Counted from the first letter of the stretch, positions 37,642 to 54,724 are shown. The stretch is 64,000 nt of DNA from Azolla caroliniana (GCA_043228905.1 JBHGNT010000020.1:12834001-12898000); one strand, 5' to 3'. Numbers and translations are program-made. The notes: generated from the sequence alone by a model not told the origin.

Positions 37642-38093
37642 TTGGTGGCGTTTCTCTCTTTCTTTCTCTCCGCCCCACCGTAGAGCGTTGAAAAGTCAAA
37701 CCTCTCTCTAGAAGAACCCCTCTCTCTCTCTCTCTCTCTAGGCTTCATTTCATCTTTGCCCGCCTCCTCCTCCTGCTCCTCTTTCTTCCCCGCCATCAAT
37801 CAATCAATCAATCAATTTATCAATTAATTTTATCCATTTCATCAATCAATTTATCAATTAATCCATTAGTTTGATCCATTCATCAATCCACCGCTCAATC
37901 GATCACTCGGCCCGCCAATTCTCTCACAATTTGGCTAATCGTTAATCTCATCACCGTGGCCGCCGTAATCAGTGCCTAATTGTCAATCTGATCTCCGTAA
38001 TTCCCTCTAATGTCTGCTAATTCCACGCCTCAGTTCCCTGGATAATTAATTCCTGCTCTTAATGACGATCCATTGAATGTTAATTCTGCAGTA

Positions 38094-40224
38094 ATGCGAG
38101 CTCTCAGGAGATTGACCTATCAGCTTCATGATCATCACACCCGTCATCGTCGCGCGATAATCATCAGGCTGCGTCACATAATTAAGAGGCCGAATCGGAG
38201 TAATCAGAGTTTAATCTTCGTTTTGCTCGTGGCTACGATTACGTCTTTGCTCCGAATCGATGCCGTTCATGGAGCAGGAGGCTCCGCTCGCGTAATGTTT
38301 CGCAGCCCTGATCGTCATCGACATGGTGGTCAGGATGATCTTCATCATGGAGATTTTACGTCAACTGTCAGGCCCTCATTGGGAGGTACTAAGAAACGAA
38401 TAAGATTCTTACTGATCACTCTCTTTTTTCTAGACTGTATGAATTAGTAGTAAAGTTAATAAGATGAATCCATGAAGATGATGATGATGATGATGCAGGA
38501 GGAGGAGGAGGAGGAGTTATGGCGATTGATGACCTAATTCGTGCAGTAAATACTGAGAATCATCACCACCATAATCAGGAAGCTAATTACTACATGAATC
38601 ATGATGCTAGCGAAATTATTCTTCATCATCATCATCATCACCACCGAAGACATATAAGCAGTAGCCATCGTCGTCGTCGTCGTCGTGTTTATATCAAAGA
38701 AGAAGAAGAAGAAGAAGAAGAAGAGGAAGAAAATATAGTTAGCACTACTACTAGATCATCATCATCATCATCATCAGTTATTCTGTCTTCTGCAAGCATG
38801 AGAATCACAGCTGAAAGAATGGTAATGGCCCCCCTTTCTTATCATACATGCATGCATGCATGTATGCATGCATGCACCCTCGTGTATGTATTGTAATGTA
38901 TGTATGTGTGAATGTATGCATGAGTGTATGCATGCATGCATGTGTGTGTATATGTATGTATCATGTATGCATGTATGTACGAATGTATGTATGTGTGAAT
39001 GTCTTCATGAGTGTATGCATCCATACATGTGTGTGTGTGTATGTATGTATCATGTATGCATGTACCTATGTGTGTGTATGTACGGCTGTATGTTGCATGC
39101 ATGTATCTATGTGTGTGTATGTACGGGTGTATGTTGCATGCATGTATCTATGTGTGTGTATGTACGGCTGTATGTTGCATGCATGTATCTATGTGTGTGT
39201 GTGTGTATATATGTTGCATGCATGTATCTATGTGTGTGTATGTACGGCTGTATTTGCATGCATGTATCTATGTGTGTGTGTGTGTGTATGTATGTATGTG
39301 TGCGTATGTATGTATGTACGGGTGTATGTTGCATGCATGTATATATGTATGTATGTGTGCGTATGTATGTTGCATGTATGTATCTATGTATGTATGTGCA
39401 TGTATGAGTATATGCATCCATGTATGTGTATTATTATATATGTATGCATATGGATATGAATGCATCTTCGATGTATGGATACCTCTACGTACTAATCGAA
39501 TGGGGACCCGAGTAATTAGCTCTTTTTCATGCATGATAAAAGGAACCATAGGAAATTACGTAGAAACCCCCTCCAACATTACCCGTAGAGAATCCATAAC
39601 CCCCATGCTCCACCTTCCCCATAATCATGTCAAATATTTCCGATCGACAAGCTCTAGAGTTCAATTGGAGTCTTACTTAGCTATCGAGATCGTGTTTTCT
39701 CAGAACACAACTCGCATGTGCCTAATATATACAAATGTACATACATAGGTAGATCGATACATGCAATATATTGTTACTAAATATACCTAGGATAGTCATT
39801 ACTTACGTATCACATACATACCTCAACATGTCACTTGAGGAGCAAAGCTAGATCACAACCCCTCGCTATATATGGCCTAGCTATGCTAAAACTCTTACCC
39901 TTGCAAAGCTCATGCAAAAGATCATATTGAATGCACAATATGCAATCATAAAGTTGGAACTATAGTAACACTATGCTAATCAAAATGCTTTAATGTTGTG
40001 ATTATATACAGTTGAAACATGGACAATTGTCAAACAGGAGGGGTGATCGTGGACAAACATTGGTGGGCTCAGTGCCCCCAAAATGTTTGAATCAATGTGG
40101 AGGGTGCACCCCTTGTAGAGGCATGCTCGTGCCCGTCCATAACTTTAAACTTAACATCAATGATCAATATTATCCAGAAACTTGGAAATGTTTATGCAAG
40201 GGCAAAATATTCAAAGCAACTTAA
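38094..40224 (+). CDS. EPIDERMAL PATTERNING FACTOR-like secreted peptide precursor (3 exons: 38094-38385, 38499-38821, 40012-40224; ~275 aa)
   Basis: The last exon encodes GSVPPKCLNQCGGCTPC...VPVH...YYPETWKCLCKGKIF, a six-Cys EPF domain (EPFL4/5/6-like YYPExW). The GT/AG junctions are phase-compatible (1, 0). Exon 1 contains the hydrophobic segment LIFVLLVATITSLL. Confidence 0.85.
38842..39470. repeat. TATG/CATG/TG low-complexity satellite in EPFL intron 2
   Basis: Alternating purine-pyrimidine tract with recurrent ~41-bp units GTATGTACGGCTGTATGTTGCATGCATGTATCTATGTGTGT. Confidence 0.9.
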
Positions 40225-40555
40225 AACCTAAATCAATGAAATTATTTACAATTGTGGACACTCCACATGTACTATGCTTATTTCACTTCATTCAATCATG
40301 TGGCATGTATTACTTTCTATATAGTATATAACACACACTCCACAATTTGTGCCAAGTTTAATTCATAACTTTTGTGCAGTTGTCGTTGGTAATTCCATAA
40401 TGCATATGCAATTAATTTGCTACTTGTGACAAGATTCTTAGTTTTACGTGGTTTACTAGAATCATATATGATTAACTTAGTTACTGATTGGTTCTCGTGA
40501 CTGTGTGTTATGTTTATTGAGGGCATGTATAGGTGTATGTGTGTGATAGTGTCAT

Positions 40556-42100
40556 TTTTAAAAGAAGAAGAAGATATCCTGTCATTAGTGTAAACATTTT
40601 ACAAGATTTTTAAATTTTGATGTGATCAGCGGGGGAAACCACCACTTCGGAGGTTGAAAATGCCAATAAGGAGTACCATAATTGGATGTCATGAATGGAG
40701 TATGACGATAATAAACTCATGTTGTTGAGCAATTTTAGCATCAGAATCCCCAACTATACCATCCCATTGTCCCTTCAAAGTATGAACTATGTCTAACCAA
40801 ATATTTGAAACCAATTCAACTGGTGATGTTTTAATAAGGGTCACTTTATTCAAAAGTGGGATTATATTTATCTCTTGCTAGCTTAGGTTCGTTTGTGTGT
40901 ATGTGCCCATCTTACTCATATATATTACATTCAAGTTATGTCAATTCACTATAGTATATATTGGAATGCCGATCTTCATTCCCAACGAAGATAGAATTTC
41001 TTTCTGATATGCTCAAGTTGATTTTTTTAGCAGTGTTAATTGGTACATTTAAACCATCATAAATTAACAAATACTTTATGCACATGGTGCTAAAGAATTG
41101 GAGTATGATAGATTGTTTGGAGTCAATGTGACAATAGATTGATTTCAATAGTTGCATTGTAAGGAGGTAGAAAATGAATGTAAAGACGTAAAATAACAAA
41201 ATCAAATAAAGCATGTCAATTTATGTGAGTATAGTCACATTTCTCTTACATGCCTTAATGAATAGGCATTTTGAGACAATAAAGTTTCGTGAAATTATTT
41301 TCTCATTCCCCATGGATTATAATGTAATTGGAAGGAGCCAATATTTGCTTATAAATCACAATGTCGAAGGGCTGTCTTTTGGTTATACATTACATGATAT
41401 ATGTTAGATGATGCCTCAAACGATTGCTTTATAGCTTCACAAGTTGCCTTGGAATTTTGAAAACCCAAATTGGTAAACCACATCATGTAGTTAGTGGCTA
41501 GACTTGTAAAACCATATTTGCATGATGGGGGTTTGAGTGTCAATATTTGAGTTGATGTCATTTGATAGTGTTGGTTTGAGATCATGCATAGTTGTAGTTT
41601 GCTCTAAATAAATGACTTTGTTGTCATTTTTCCCACAATGTACATCCACAATACACAAAGGTGTATGTAAGTAAACACACAACACAATTGTTATGATGCT
41701 ACTTATAGATACATTAAGGATTTATAATTTGCATTACATCAAAATATCAAATTATAATTATAAAGCATTTTCTTTGATATTCTCTAATTACCATAATTAT
41801 AAACAATCAAACAAAGCAAAACTATGTTGTCAAATATTAACATGAAGAACGTGTGATTTTGGTGACTTTTTTATGTACCTTTTATTGTAGTGAGCCCAAC
41901 TTATTATGAGCTCGTATTTTTGTTTTCTTTTAACAAGGCACACTTGTATATGTATTCCCTTGTTGCCAAGTTTAATGGGAAGCCTAGAGAATTGACGATG
42001 CACCAATTCTTCTTTATTTTTTGTAAGCAATGCAACAAAGTTATAATGAATGAGTGTATGGAAAATGTGTTTGACTCAAAACGACAAATTAAAAAAAAGT
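40556..42100 (-). mobile_element. Decayed L1-like LINE 3' fragment
   Basis: Minus strand gives SPVELVSNIWLDIVHTLKGQWDGIVGDSDAK and GTPYWHFQPPKWWFPP, homologous to the LINE C-terminus at 23146-23442. The extent beyond ~41200 is uncertain. Confidence 0.65.
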
Positions 42101-44656
42101 CAGCAATATCATGAAATAAGAGGATGCAGTGACGACGTCATCTCAAGATACAGAATGTCAATTGAAGGTGACAATATTGGCATTATCAATAATTAATTGA
42201 TTATTTAGGTAGTTTATAACCAATTATACTAATCGTCAATCCATGCATGATAAGACATGCATTGACATTTCAAAGAACTATGAATAATAAGTCAATGAAA
42301 TTTAATACTCCATAAAGATGTAGAGTACTAATGTTGGATGGTAAGTTGTAACACCATATTTGTGATGTAGTTTTCTTTCCTTATTTATGAGTTTCATTAC
42401 CCTCCTAATTTCTTGGCGACTTGATTAAACCCATTGTTCTCTCTAGTCCGAGTTAGAATTACAAGTCCATGTGCCATAGACTCTACCCTTTTTTACCTTA
42501 CATTTAGTGAATGTCCATTTCAATGTGATATTCCCCTAATATATGTAGCAATACTAGTTGTCTTTTGTGACATGAAGGTTGATAGCGACAATGCAAACTT
42601 CCTCTTTAAAGTAAGAGTGAATGTGTATGATGAGATAGTTGAAGATGACAAGTTTAATCATCATCCCAATGTGGCGTAGATGTCTATCTACGATAAGCCA
42701 ATTGAAGATGACAAGGTACTCATTGTCCTCTATGTATTGATTTTAATTATATTACAACTCTAGACAAACTAGGAATGATTTCGACTAGCTTAGAGAACCA
42801 TCGAAAGAACAACGTAGTTGTATATGGTGACAATGTACTGCTAGATACCTAGACTTTGTTAGGTAAATGATATCTTTTCCAACTTGTTCTGTCAACAATA
42901 ATGTTGAGTATTCCATGTTATGGTCACTTCTCCTTCTTCTAAGCCCTTATTTTTTGCTAAAGTTAGAAAAAAGTATTGTAAGAAAACTTTAAATTGAAAA
43001 GACCCCTAAAGTTTGGCAGTGTCAAGAAACACGAATTATCACCTTGTCTTTACAAAGCACCACAGTGATCAAAATTTAAGGCAAAACAATGGTACCTTGC
43101 CTTTGTTCCGGCCAAGGCTAGAATATTTTATCAAATCTAACAATAAAGAGTTAGTAGTTCTGAACAATCTTATATAAATGCTTGTTTGTTGTGAGTGAAG
43201 TCTTACAAAAATATTGAAATAGCCTTGTGTTGTCAACAGATTTGATTGGTTACCAAATTAATTAGGCGTGGACTCCTTCGAGAAACAATTCAAAAAGGGC
43301 TAATGAGTCCTAGTTGGAGTTTGAAGACAAAGTTGGACAAATTGTAAATAATTGCCATAAAAAAGGAGCAAGATATGATGGGATTCCTCACAAATAATTT
43401 CATATAACAATCCTTTACTCGAAGAATGAAATACTTAAGCTCATGTATAATGGGGAATTTCTAAAAATGTTCAAGGTTTTTGTTCATCAACTCTATGTGC
43501 ATTAATTCACAAGTGCATGTGTCAATAACCTCTTTTCAACACTCTAATCTTCATAGATAAAACAAGCTTTATTAGTGTTGTTATTTTAAACAATGCAAGG
43601 TAAAAGCCTATAAAACCAACCAACTTTCACGGCTCAAAAGCACTCAAAATAAAAGCGAAATGTTCATGTAATTATTTCAACAAATTGAAACAATCATAAA
43701 GAGATTATTTGAATGAGGGCATAAAGTAACAAAAGTAAGGATTGGGTAGCTACCCAAATAGGACATGGGTTTGGGTTACCCAAATCATTCAAAGTGACCA
43801 CCAAAAATTGAGCCAATGACAAAAACTAGCATCCTCTTGCAATTGATGAGGAAGGGGGCCAAGCAACTCCATGAAATGTGAGAGATTCCATTAGGGTTCC
43901 CTTCTATTACTTTGTTATCGCACATGGAACCGTCTAGGGAATATTTCTTTGGCAAGTGCGGTATTCAACTTATTCAGATTTGCTTATTGAGGATGGAAAT
44001 GTGTTAAGATTTTGAGATGAAACTATGTCATTATTTGGGTTCACATTTGGTCCAAAATATTTGTTCATCTACTTCCATTTACTCCCATGTCACCACTAGA
44101 AGCATCATATAAACTCAATCTCTTTGGTTCACAATTAGAGAATGGTAACCATAAGTGTATGGTAGAATGCACTATTAGGATTTACATGCTAGTAACCTCA
44201 CCTCCTTGGCTCAACAGCATGAGGATGCGATTTGACAAATCACCAAACTAAAGACATGGTGGAAGGCTAGACTTGTACCATTTTGGAAATCAAGTTTGTT
44301 GCTCAGACAAAGGTGTTTTTGTGGGGATACTTATTGGGTTGCACTTAGAGAAGGGAGAGTTAGTTATCTTTTTTGTTTGGGATGTCATAGAGAGCTAGAA
44401 ACTCTACTACATTTGTTATAGACTTGTCCATCAACAAGAACTTTTCGTCATAAACTTAATAGTAATCCTCATATTTGTATCAATGTTGATTATATATTGC
44501 ATCTTTGCTCAACTTCATATTAATGCAAACACATGATTGCATTGAAACATTCATATTCCTTATTTCATAAATGAGATTGAAATAAGTCTTCTTCTTTTTT
44601 ACCAAAATGAAATAATTCATTTTTGATCCTCAACTTTGAATTTCTCTACTCTTGTT

Positions 44657-44776
44657 TTTTTTATTAAAGATATCCTGTCATTAGTATAAACAATTTACAA
44701 GATTTTAAACCTCTATGTGATTGGCGGGGGAAACAACCATTTCGGTGGCTGAAAATGCCAATAAGGAGTGTTGTAA
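44657..44776 (-). mobile_element. 120-bp 5'-truncated LINE tail with 21-bp TSD
   Basis: Encodes PYWHFQPPKWLFPPPIT* and ends AATAAAAAA. Flanked by TTGAATTTCTCTACTCTTGTT at 44636-44656 and 44777-44797. Confidence 0.88.
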
Positions 44777-45189
44777 TTGAATTTCTCTACTCTTGTTGAT
44801 ACCTATGCATAAGAATTTGGTTCACTGCAAACTTTCACAATGTATACGCATAAATAAATGCTTGTGTTTGATGGAATTAATGGGTTCATGTTGCTATCTT
44901 TAATTTATTAAAATCATGGCATGGTGGATATAGACTAATTTCACTCAAGTAGGATCAGAGTCAATTTGCAATTGCTCACATTTAGCCAACATCATATGAA
45001 AATATTGATGATAGTAGAAGGAGACTAGAAGAAAATATACAATCGAGGAAGCCACAATGTCATGTGTCTAAAACTAACCATTGGAAATGGCAAGTCCCAA
45101 ATTTGGTTATATTGTAAAGATTCAATTTTTATGTTGATGAGTTACAAGATATTAGATCATTTGTGGTAATGCTTTAACTCACTTCAAGC

Positions 45190-45428
45190 CATAGTACGTA
45201 ATATACTCAAATGCATTGCCAAACATTTTTTTTATACGTATGAAAAAAAAAGTGTATGTTATCAAAACATTCTTATGTTTTTTTTACACTTTTTACTTAA
45301 AAAAAAAAAACCTTATATAATAAATAATGAATACAAAAGTACGGTATTTACCATACTTCGAGAGTGTTTACCATACGCGAGTGATTGAAACATTCTCGAA
45401 TGTGAATGCACATATGGTTCATACTATG
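45190..45428. mobile_element. hAT-type MITE, copy 1
   Basis: TIRs CATAGTACG / CATACTATG; 8-bp TSD CTTCAAGC / CTTAAAGC; homologous to 49030-49311. Confidence 0.75.
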
Positions 45429-46513
45429 CTTAAAGCTATGAAAATGAAAACTAATTTCATTATTAACTACATTATACAAATTTGCCTAGATATAGGTTTT
45501 GTAGGTCAATACCGTTGATGTTGTATGATTATGCGGCATGCCAAGGACTACATAATTATAGTTTTTTCACCGCGCATAAAAGGACAATGTGTGTACACAT
45601 TGTTATATTCAATGGTGAATACTAAAGGGTATGACCACTTTGAGCCAATGTTGTTGATTCTTGATAGTACTTGAAAATTATATCACTTTTTAAAGAAATT
45701 CATTCATTCCCAACACTTACTTTTGCATATTATGAGGATTTCCTCAATTCAAATTCCATAATGCCAATATAAAAAGTGTATGTTGTTTGGATCCGAAGCT
45801 CTCAAGAATTATGGTATATAAGCTAAATATTACATTATCGTGGTTCCAAAATCATGCTTGATCCATACTATTGTAAATCCATCGAAAATGGAAAATGGAA
45901 AAAAAAATCTAGATCCATGGTGGGTTTCTTAATTAAGGGTCACCATTTCTGAACTGGCAGTTATGTCTAATCTATCCATCATTGCAAATCAAGCTCATCT
46001 TAGGTTCTTAACCATTGCCTCTTTGAATTTATTAAACTAATTCAACTTTGCTTCCGCATTGCTTCGTATCATCATCGATGTGATAGAATCTAGGAAAAGG
46101 GCTTCATCTAACTCTAGTAACCCTTGCCCAAACTCCACACTTACACAATACACAATATCAAATATGTTGGGTGTAAATGGATCGAGTCCAATTGAGGGAT
46201 CATAATTAGGTTCATTTCCATTGCCATTAGATTGCGGGCATGCCCCCTTACGCTTTTTAATAAATTCCTCATTCAATGGTGGGTCCATTGCCTTTGAGGT
46301 ATTGGAGTTATGTAACTTATACTTGAAGGATGTACATTGAGCAACTCCTATAGTATGAGCTCTTACAAAGCAATATATATGTATATTTAAGTCCAAAGAA
46401 TTAAGCACAACCTCATCTCTCATGTACAAAAATTTCCTCTTTGCAACAAGGCAAGGTGACAAAGGGAGCTTTTTACATCATTGACTGCACAAAGGTGTGA
46501 ACACAATTAGCTA

Positions 46514-47012
46514 TGGGCCTGGTTTCGGCTCAAACCGAACCAAACCGCTAACCCATGCTTTAACGATTTATTGATTCCAAAATACTTAAATGGTTTGGTT
46601 TAGTTTACATTATTAATAAACGATTTGGTTTTAGCTCGGTTCGGTTCCAAAACTCGAGTTTATCGATTTAAAGGTTTAAGTGGTTTAGTTAAAAGGTTTA
46701 TTGGTTTTTGGTTAACTATTTTTCCTCTTTAATGGTTTATTAAGTTTAATTTAACTTAAATGTTTAGTTAATTTAATACTTAATTAATGCTCTTTTTATT
46801 GATTTAATTAATTTAACTTAATGTATTTTTGTTTATTTAGTTTGACTTAAATAGTTATGTTTAAATTTTTTATTAAATGGTTCGGTTGGGTTTTAACTTT
46901 TCCCTAAAACAGTTTTAGTTTAAATGGCTTCAGAGTTCATAAACGGTTTGGTTTGGTTTTCGTTTTATATAAATGGTTTAGTTTAGTTTGGTTTGGATTA
47001 GATCAATCAAAT
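46514..47012. mobile_element. Non-autonomous DNA-transposon-like insert rich in GGTTT/AACCG motifs
   Basis: Clusters of CGGTT/GGTTT flank an AT-rich core and replace most of peroxidase exon 2. TIR and TSD were not resolved. Confidence 0.5.
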
Positions 47013-47439
47013 CAAAGCCGCAAAGTCGAGCAACATCGACGCATCAGAACCCTACATTGAGTATATAGGAACTAGTACCATATTGCTCAATATTATATAT
47101 TATGTATTCTTAATAAAACACACACATATGCATAGGTAGATACTCCCATGCATATAACTACATCCAAATGGATACACACATTCAAATACCAATTGTTTTA
47201 TGTGGGGTTTCTATCATGATAGTCTACCATGAGAATTAGTTGATGCATGATATTCGATATCATATACCCCCTTCTCGAACATTGAGATTCACAAATAGAA
47301 TTAAATCGTCATTGATCAACAAAACCATAAACCCTCTTCCAAAAACTGAGATTCACACAGACAAGTATGCATGCATTCAAATAGACATATATATTCAAAT
47401 GTGTGTACATCCACATGAGTAGCAAACATGGATACTTAG

Positions 47440-48700
47440 ATGTGCATAAATTCACATGTGTAGTAAACATGTATATCTAGATGTGTATACATACACATAT
47501 GTATGGAAACATACACAATGTACACATGAGTATACTTACATAACATGTATATGCGTACATATGCACATAAACATTCATAAATGCGATACACAGACACACA
47601 TATGTAAGTACACATGTGTATACTTCGTTAACATGTATATGCATATATACATGCGATAAACACACACATTCTATACGTGCATACATACATACATACATAC
47701 ATACACAATGTACACATGCGTATATTGCGATAACATGTATATGCATACATACATGCGATAAACACACACATTCTATACGTAAATACATACATACACCATG
47801 TACACATGTGTAGGCTTTGATAAATTGTATACATACATGCAATAAGCACACATATTCTATACGTACATACATACACAATGTATACAATGTGTTAGAAACA
47901 TTGAGAATCAATTAGATAGGTATATAGAGTTACAACCACAGATATGGATATATGAAAACAAAACTTCTATTACATATGAGAGTAGCTCACAATGGCAGTT
48001 CACCCATGCACTCACACTTTAGAGCTTAGATGGGATTTGGACCAGCTCACTACAAAATTAGTGGGGACTGATGATCAATTCAACCACTGTGTAAGAAAGT
48101 GGATTATATTCTATGTTTGGTTTGAGTATAACATTAAATGTGTAAGTCAGTTGATAGTATTAGAGATATTCCTTTTTTGTCAACTGACTTGTCATTTAAT
48201 ATGACCCAACTCCCTAGATACAGGCCAATGTTAGATAGTACTTATCTTGAAATCAATGGCACATACTTCAAGACTAAGTACATTGTAACTTGCCCACAAA
48301 ATATTCTAGTTGACTTGATTAGCCAGTCCTATTATGTATTTCGCTCCTTTCTAAATCCATTGTGTCCTACGCATCTACAGTTTCCTAGATTAACACATTA
48401 TCGATCCATATGGTCAAGTTGCACACTAGCCGCTCCTCATTTGAGGCTCTATCACAAAATGTGCACTCTAAGAGCACATATGGGGATAGATTTACAACTT
48501 GGGGCTGATCATTGATTATATCTAACACAATGTGTGTATACTTCCGTAAAATTGTATACATACATGCAATAAACACACATTCTAGACGTACATACATACA
48601 CAATGTACACAATGTACACAATGTGTGTAGACTTCGGTAAATTGTATACATACATGCGATAAACACACACATTCTATATGAACATACATAAACACATATA
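47440..48700. repeat. CATA/TACA low-complexity satellite (peroxidase intron 1), split by a solo LTR
   Basis: Recurrent ACATACATGCGATAAACACACATTCTATACG units at 47440-47889 and 48528-48700. Confidence 0.8.
47890..48527. mobile_element. Solo LTR (638 bp)
   Basis: Termini TGTTAGA...TCTAACA (7-bp inverted repeat); 5-bp TSD CAATG at 47885-47889 and 48528-48532. Confidence 0.85.
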
Positions 48701-49029
48701 AGAGAGAGAGAGAGAGAAAGAGAAGGGGAAGAACCTCAAGGAAGTTGTCATGGAAATGCTTTGGTGGCAATGCCAGTATTGATGTTGTTGTTGCTACTGA
48801 TGTTGGTGGTGGAGTGGGAGAAGGAGAGGAGGGCATGGCAAATGATATCTTTGGCTATGGAACTCAACGTTGCATCTATCGTCATCGTCATGTGCATGTC
48901 CACAGGTATACAAAGAAAGCTACAACAAATTTGGCCCAATATGGGCAGTACTAGTATCACCATTGTTCAAGAAGAAGAAGAAGAAGAAGAAATGTAGAAC
49001 TTGGATTTTGTTATTGGGTACTCTCATGA

Positions 49030-49311
49030 CATAGTACGTAAATTTTGTGTTCATTTAGCATAACATTCGTTTTCTTATGTTGGAAAACGAATGCGAATGT
49101 TATTCAAACATTCTTGTGTTTTTTTTTTGTTTTTTTCCCATTTTAAAAAGTTTTTTTTTGCTTTTTTCCATTTTCTAGGCTTATTTACCTCATAATAAAT
49201 AGTTAATCCAAAAGTATGGTATTTATCATTCTTTGAGGGTGTTTACCATACTCGAATGATTGAACCCTTTGCGAATGCGAATTCACGTACGGTACGTCTG
49301 GTTCATACTAG
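49030..49311. mobile_element. hAT-type MITE, copy 2
   Basis: Starts CATAGTACG, ends GGTTCATACTAG. Flanks TCTCATGA / TCTCATCT. Shares AAAAGTAYGGTATTTA...GTGTTTACCATAC with copy 1. Confidence 0.7.
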
Positions 49312-50148
49312 TCTCATCTAAGTTTTTATTACTTATACGTAAATACATACATATATATAAGTAAATACATGTGTGTGTGTGTGTGTGTGTGAAATGAAGA
49401 ACTTGCGGTTTGTTATTTGGGGTCTCTCATTTAAGCTTTAATTGCTTATACATACATACATGTTTGTGTGTGTGTGAAGGTTATTTTATTACTATATCAT
49501 TCATATTCATGGTGGACAAAGAATATCCAAAAAGCACCAAAGAAAACAATCTAAAACAAGCAAAAGGCCTTGAGATTGCTCTTTTGGGCTTGATTGTCGA
49601 TTAAGAAATTTAACACCTCCCATTCAAGTGTCGAGCCAAAGCATCATTCATGTCTAAAGGGCATCCCTGTGCTATTTTCCTCCTTGTAAGTCCTTGTTAT
49701 TTCTAAATTAAACAAGGAAACTTGATCAATCGATAAATTAAAAATTCTAGATGTAAGTGATATGTTTTTCATGTGTATATATGTTGTGCTTGAGGACCTT
49801 TGTTGTTAATGTCTTCATCTTCAGGACCCTAATCATTGTTTTGTTATTGAATTAGCATTCTTTTCAACAGGTCACAAAGAAAGAGTAATGCCATTGAAAC
49901 TAGAAAGGATTGCATGTAGTTCCAACAATCGAGGAGAAGTTACTTGGCACAAGTGTATTTGTTTGAACACATGGAACCATAGAAATGAAATATTGACTAT
50001 ATTGATGCTCATTATGATCAACAAACTTTCTATTGTGAACAAAAAAGTCATAGAAGTTACCACGTTAGCTCATAAGCAAATATTAAACATAATGGAGATG
50101 AATATTGCAAGTTATAGCACGACAATGCATCACTATGATCTGCATAAA

Positions 50149-50482
50149 AAATTTGATAATATAGAAATTTCTATATAACACAATGTAATTAAAGTATGTA
50201 TATCAACTTATTTCATGCAAGGGGCTTAAAAAAATTTATTTGGTTCAACTCACAAATCCCCACATTTACATTCAATTCATTCATGGGAGGTAGCATCTAT
50301 TTGAGAGAATAACTCAGAAATTTGATAATATAGAAATTTCTATATTACACAATGTAATTAAAGTATGTCTATCACCTTATTTTATGCAAGGGGCTTAAAA
50401 AATTTTACTTGGTTCAACTCACAAATCCCCACATTTACATTCACTTCATTCATGGGAGGTAGCATCTATTTGAGAGAATAAC
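50149..50482. repeat. Tandem duplication, 2 x ~169 bp
   Basis: AAATTTGATAATATAGAAATTTCTATAT...GAGAGAATAAC occurs at ~50149-50313 and ~50318-50482. Confidence 0.9.
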
Positions 50483-51080
50483 ATGCCCCTGAAAACGCAT
50501 TCTTCAAAATAAATCCTCTCCAAGATCATAACAACTTTCTGCTCTCTAAAAATTTATCAATGGGTTAGTTTCTTCACATATCACATTTAGGTTCCTTCCA
50601 AGTTGTAATTTCAGATTTACAAAGAAAGCTAGGGTAATGGTTTTCAAAAGGCCAAGTTCATTGACAATGTTTCGAAAAAAGAAGTGTCTGTATACAGACA
50701 ACTTTCCTCAAAACTTCATCATAGCACACAATGAACTCAAACATAATCATTGATTGGAAACGTGATACTGCATGAAATAGGACATTTTCACATGCCGGTA
50801 TCAAGGGTTATTGTTTCTCTTGCACTGTAGGGTTTACTCGGACAATTAATTGTTAATAATGAATGAAAGCAAAACCAAAGAATATCTGGAATTTCCATTC
50901 AAAAACAGAAATGTTTTTTCGAAAAAATAGGACACATATAACTGAAGGTTTTAATAACTAACACACAAAAGAGAAAAAGGCCACTCGTGGCTTGTTAGAT
51001 CATCATAGAAAGGTGCAACTGCAAGGAGCTCAAAATCTTTATATCATAATATTTGCTATATGCTGTTGAATCACTGCACC

Positions 51081-54529
<3,449 letters not shown>

Positions 54530-54724
54530 TCACAACAGATTGGAGGGAGGTATGAAGCAATGGATCTCTCTTCTAAAGGAAGGAGAGGAAGGAAGGAGAG
54601 GAAGGAGAGGGAGGAGAAGGTAAGGGAAGGGTTAAATGTATGTACATAATGGTGGGAGCCATACATAGCATAGAGACGTAGGCCATAGCTCTATAGAGTA
54701 TGGATGGACCCCATGCCCCTCGTC

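Larger units (their letters stand above)
45930..48963 (-). pseudogene. Class III secretory peroxidase pseudogene
   Basis: Exon 1 (48963-~48735) has a hydrophobic N-terminus and ends KHFHDNFLE|GT (cf. RLHFHDCFV). Exon 2 starts AG|GSDASMLLD at 47051. The last exon reads AHTIGVAQCTSF...ACP...LDPFTPNIFD...GQGLLELDEALF...FNKFKEAMVK. Stops, frameshifts and TE insertions are present. Confidence 0.85.

Noticed and set aside
38842-39748. Long Cys/Met/Val/Tyr- or His/Thr-rich ORFs
   Set aside because: Translations of the TATG/CATG satellite in EPFL intron 2; the same applies to the ORFs at 47456-47911.
43200-44520. Coding-like sequence, possibly a LINE ORF1 remnant
   Set aside because: No unambiguous motif; many stops.
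47041-47054. AGAACCCTA as a possible hAT TIR
   Set aside because: Better explained as the peroxidase exon 2 acceptor (TAG|GGT TCT GAT GCG).
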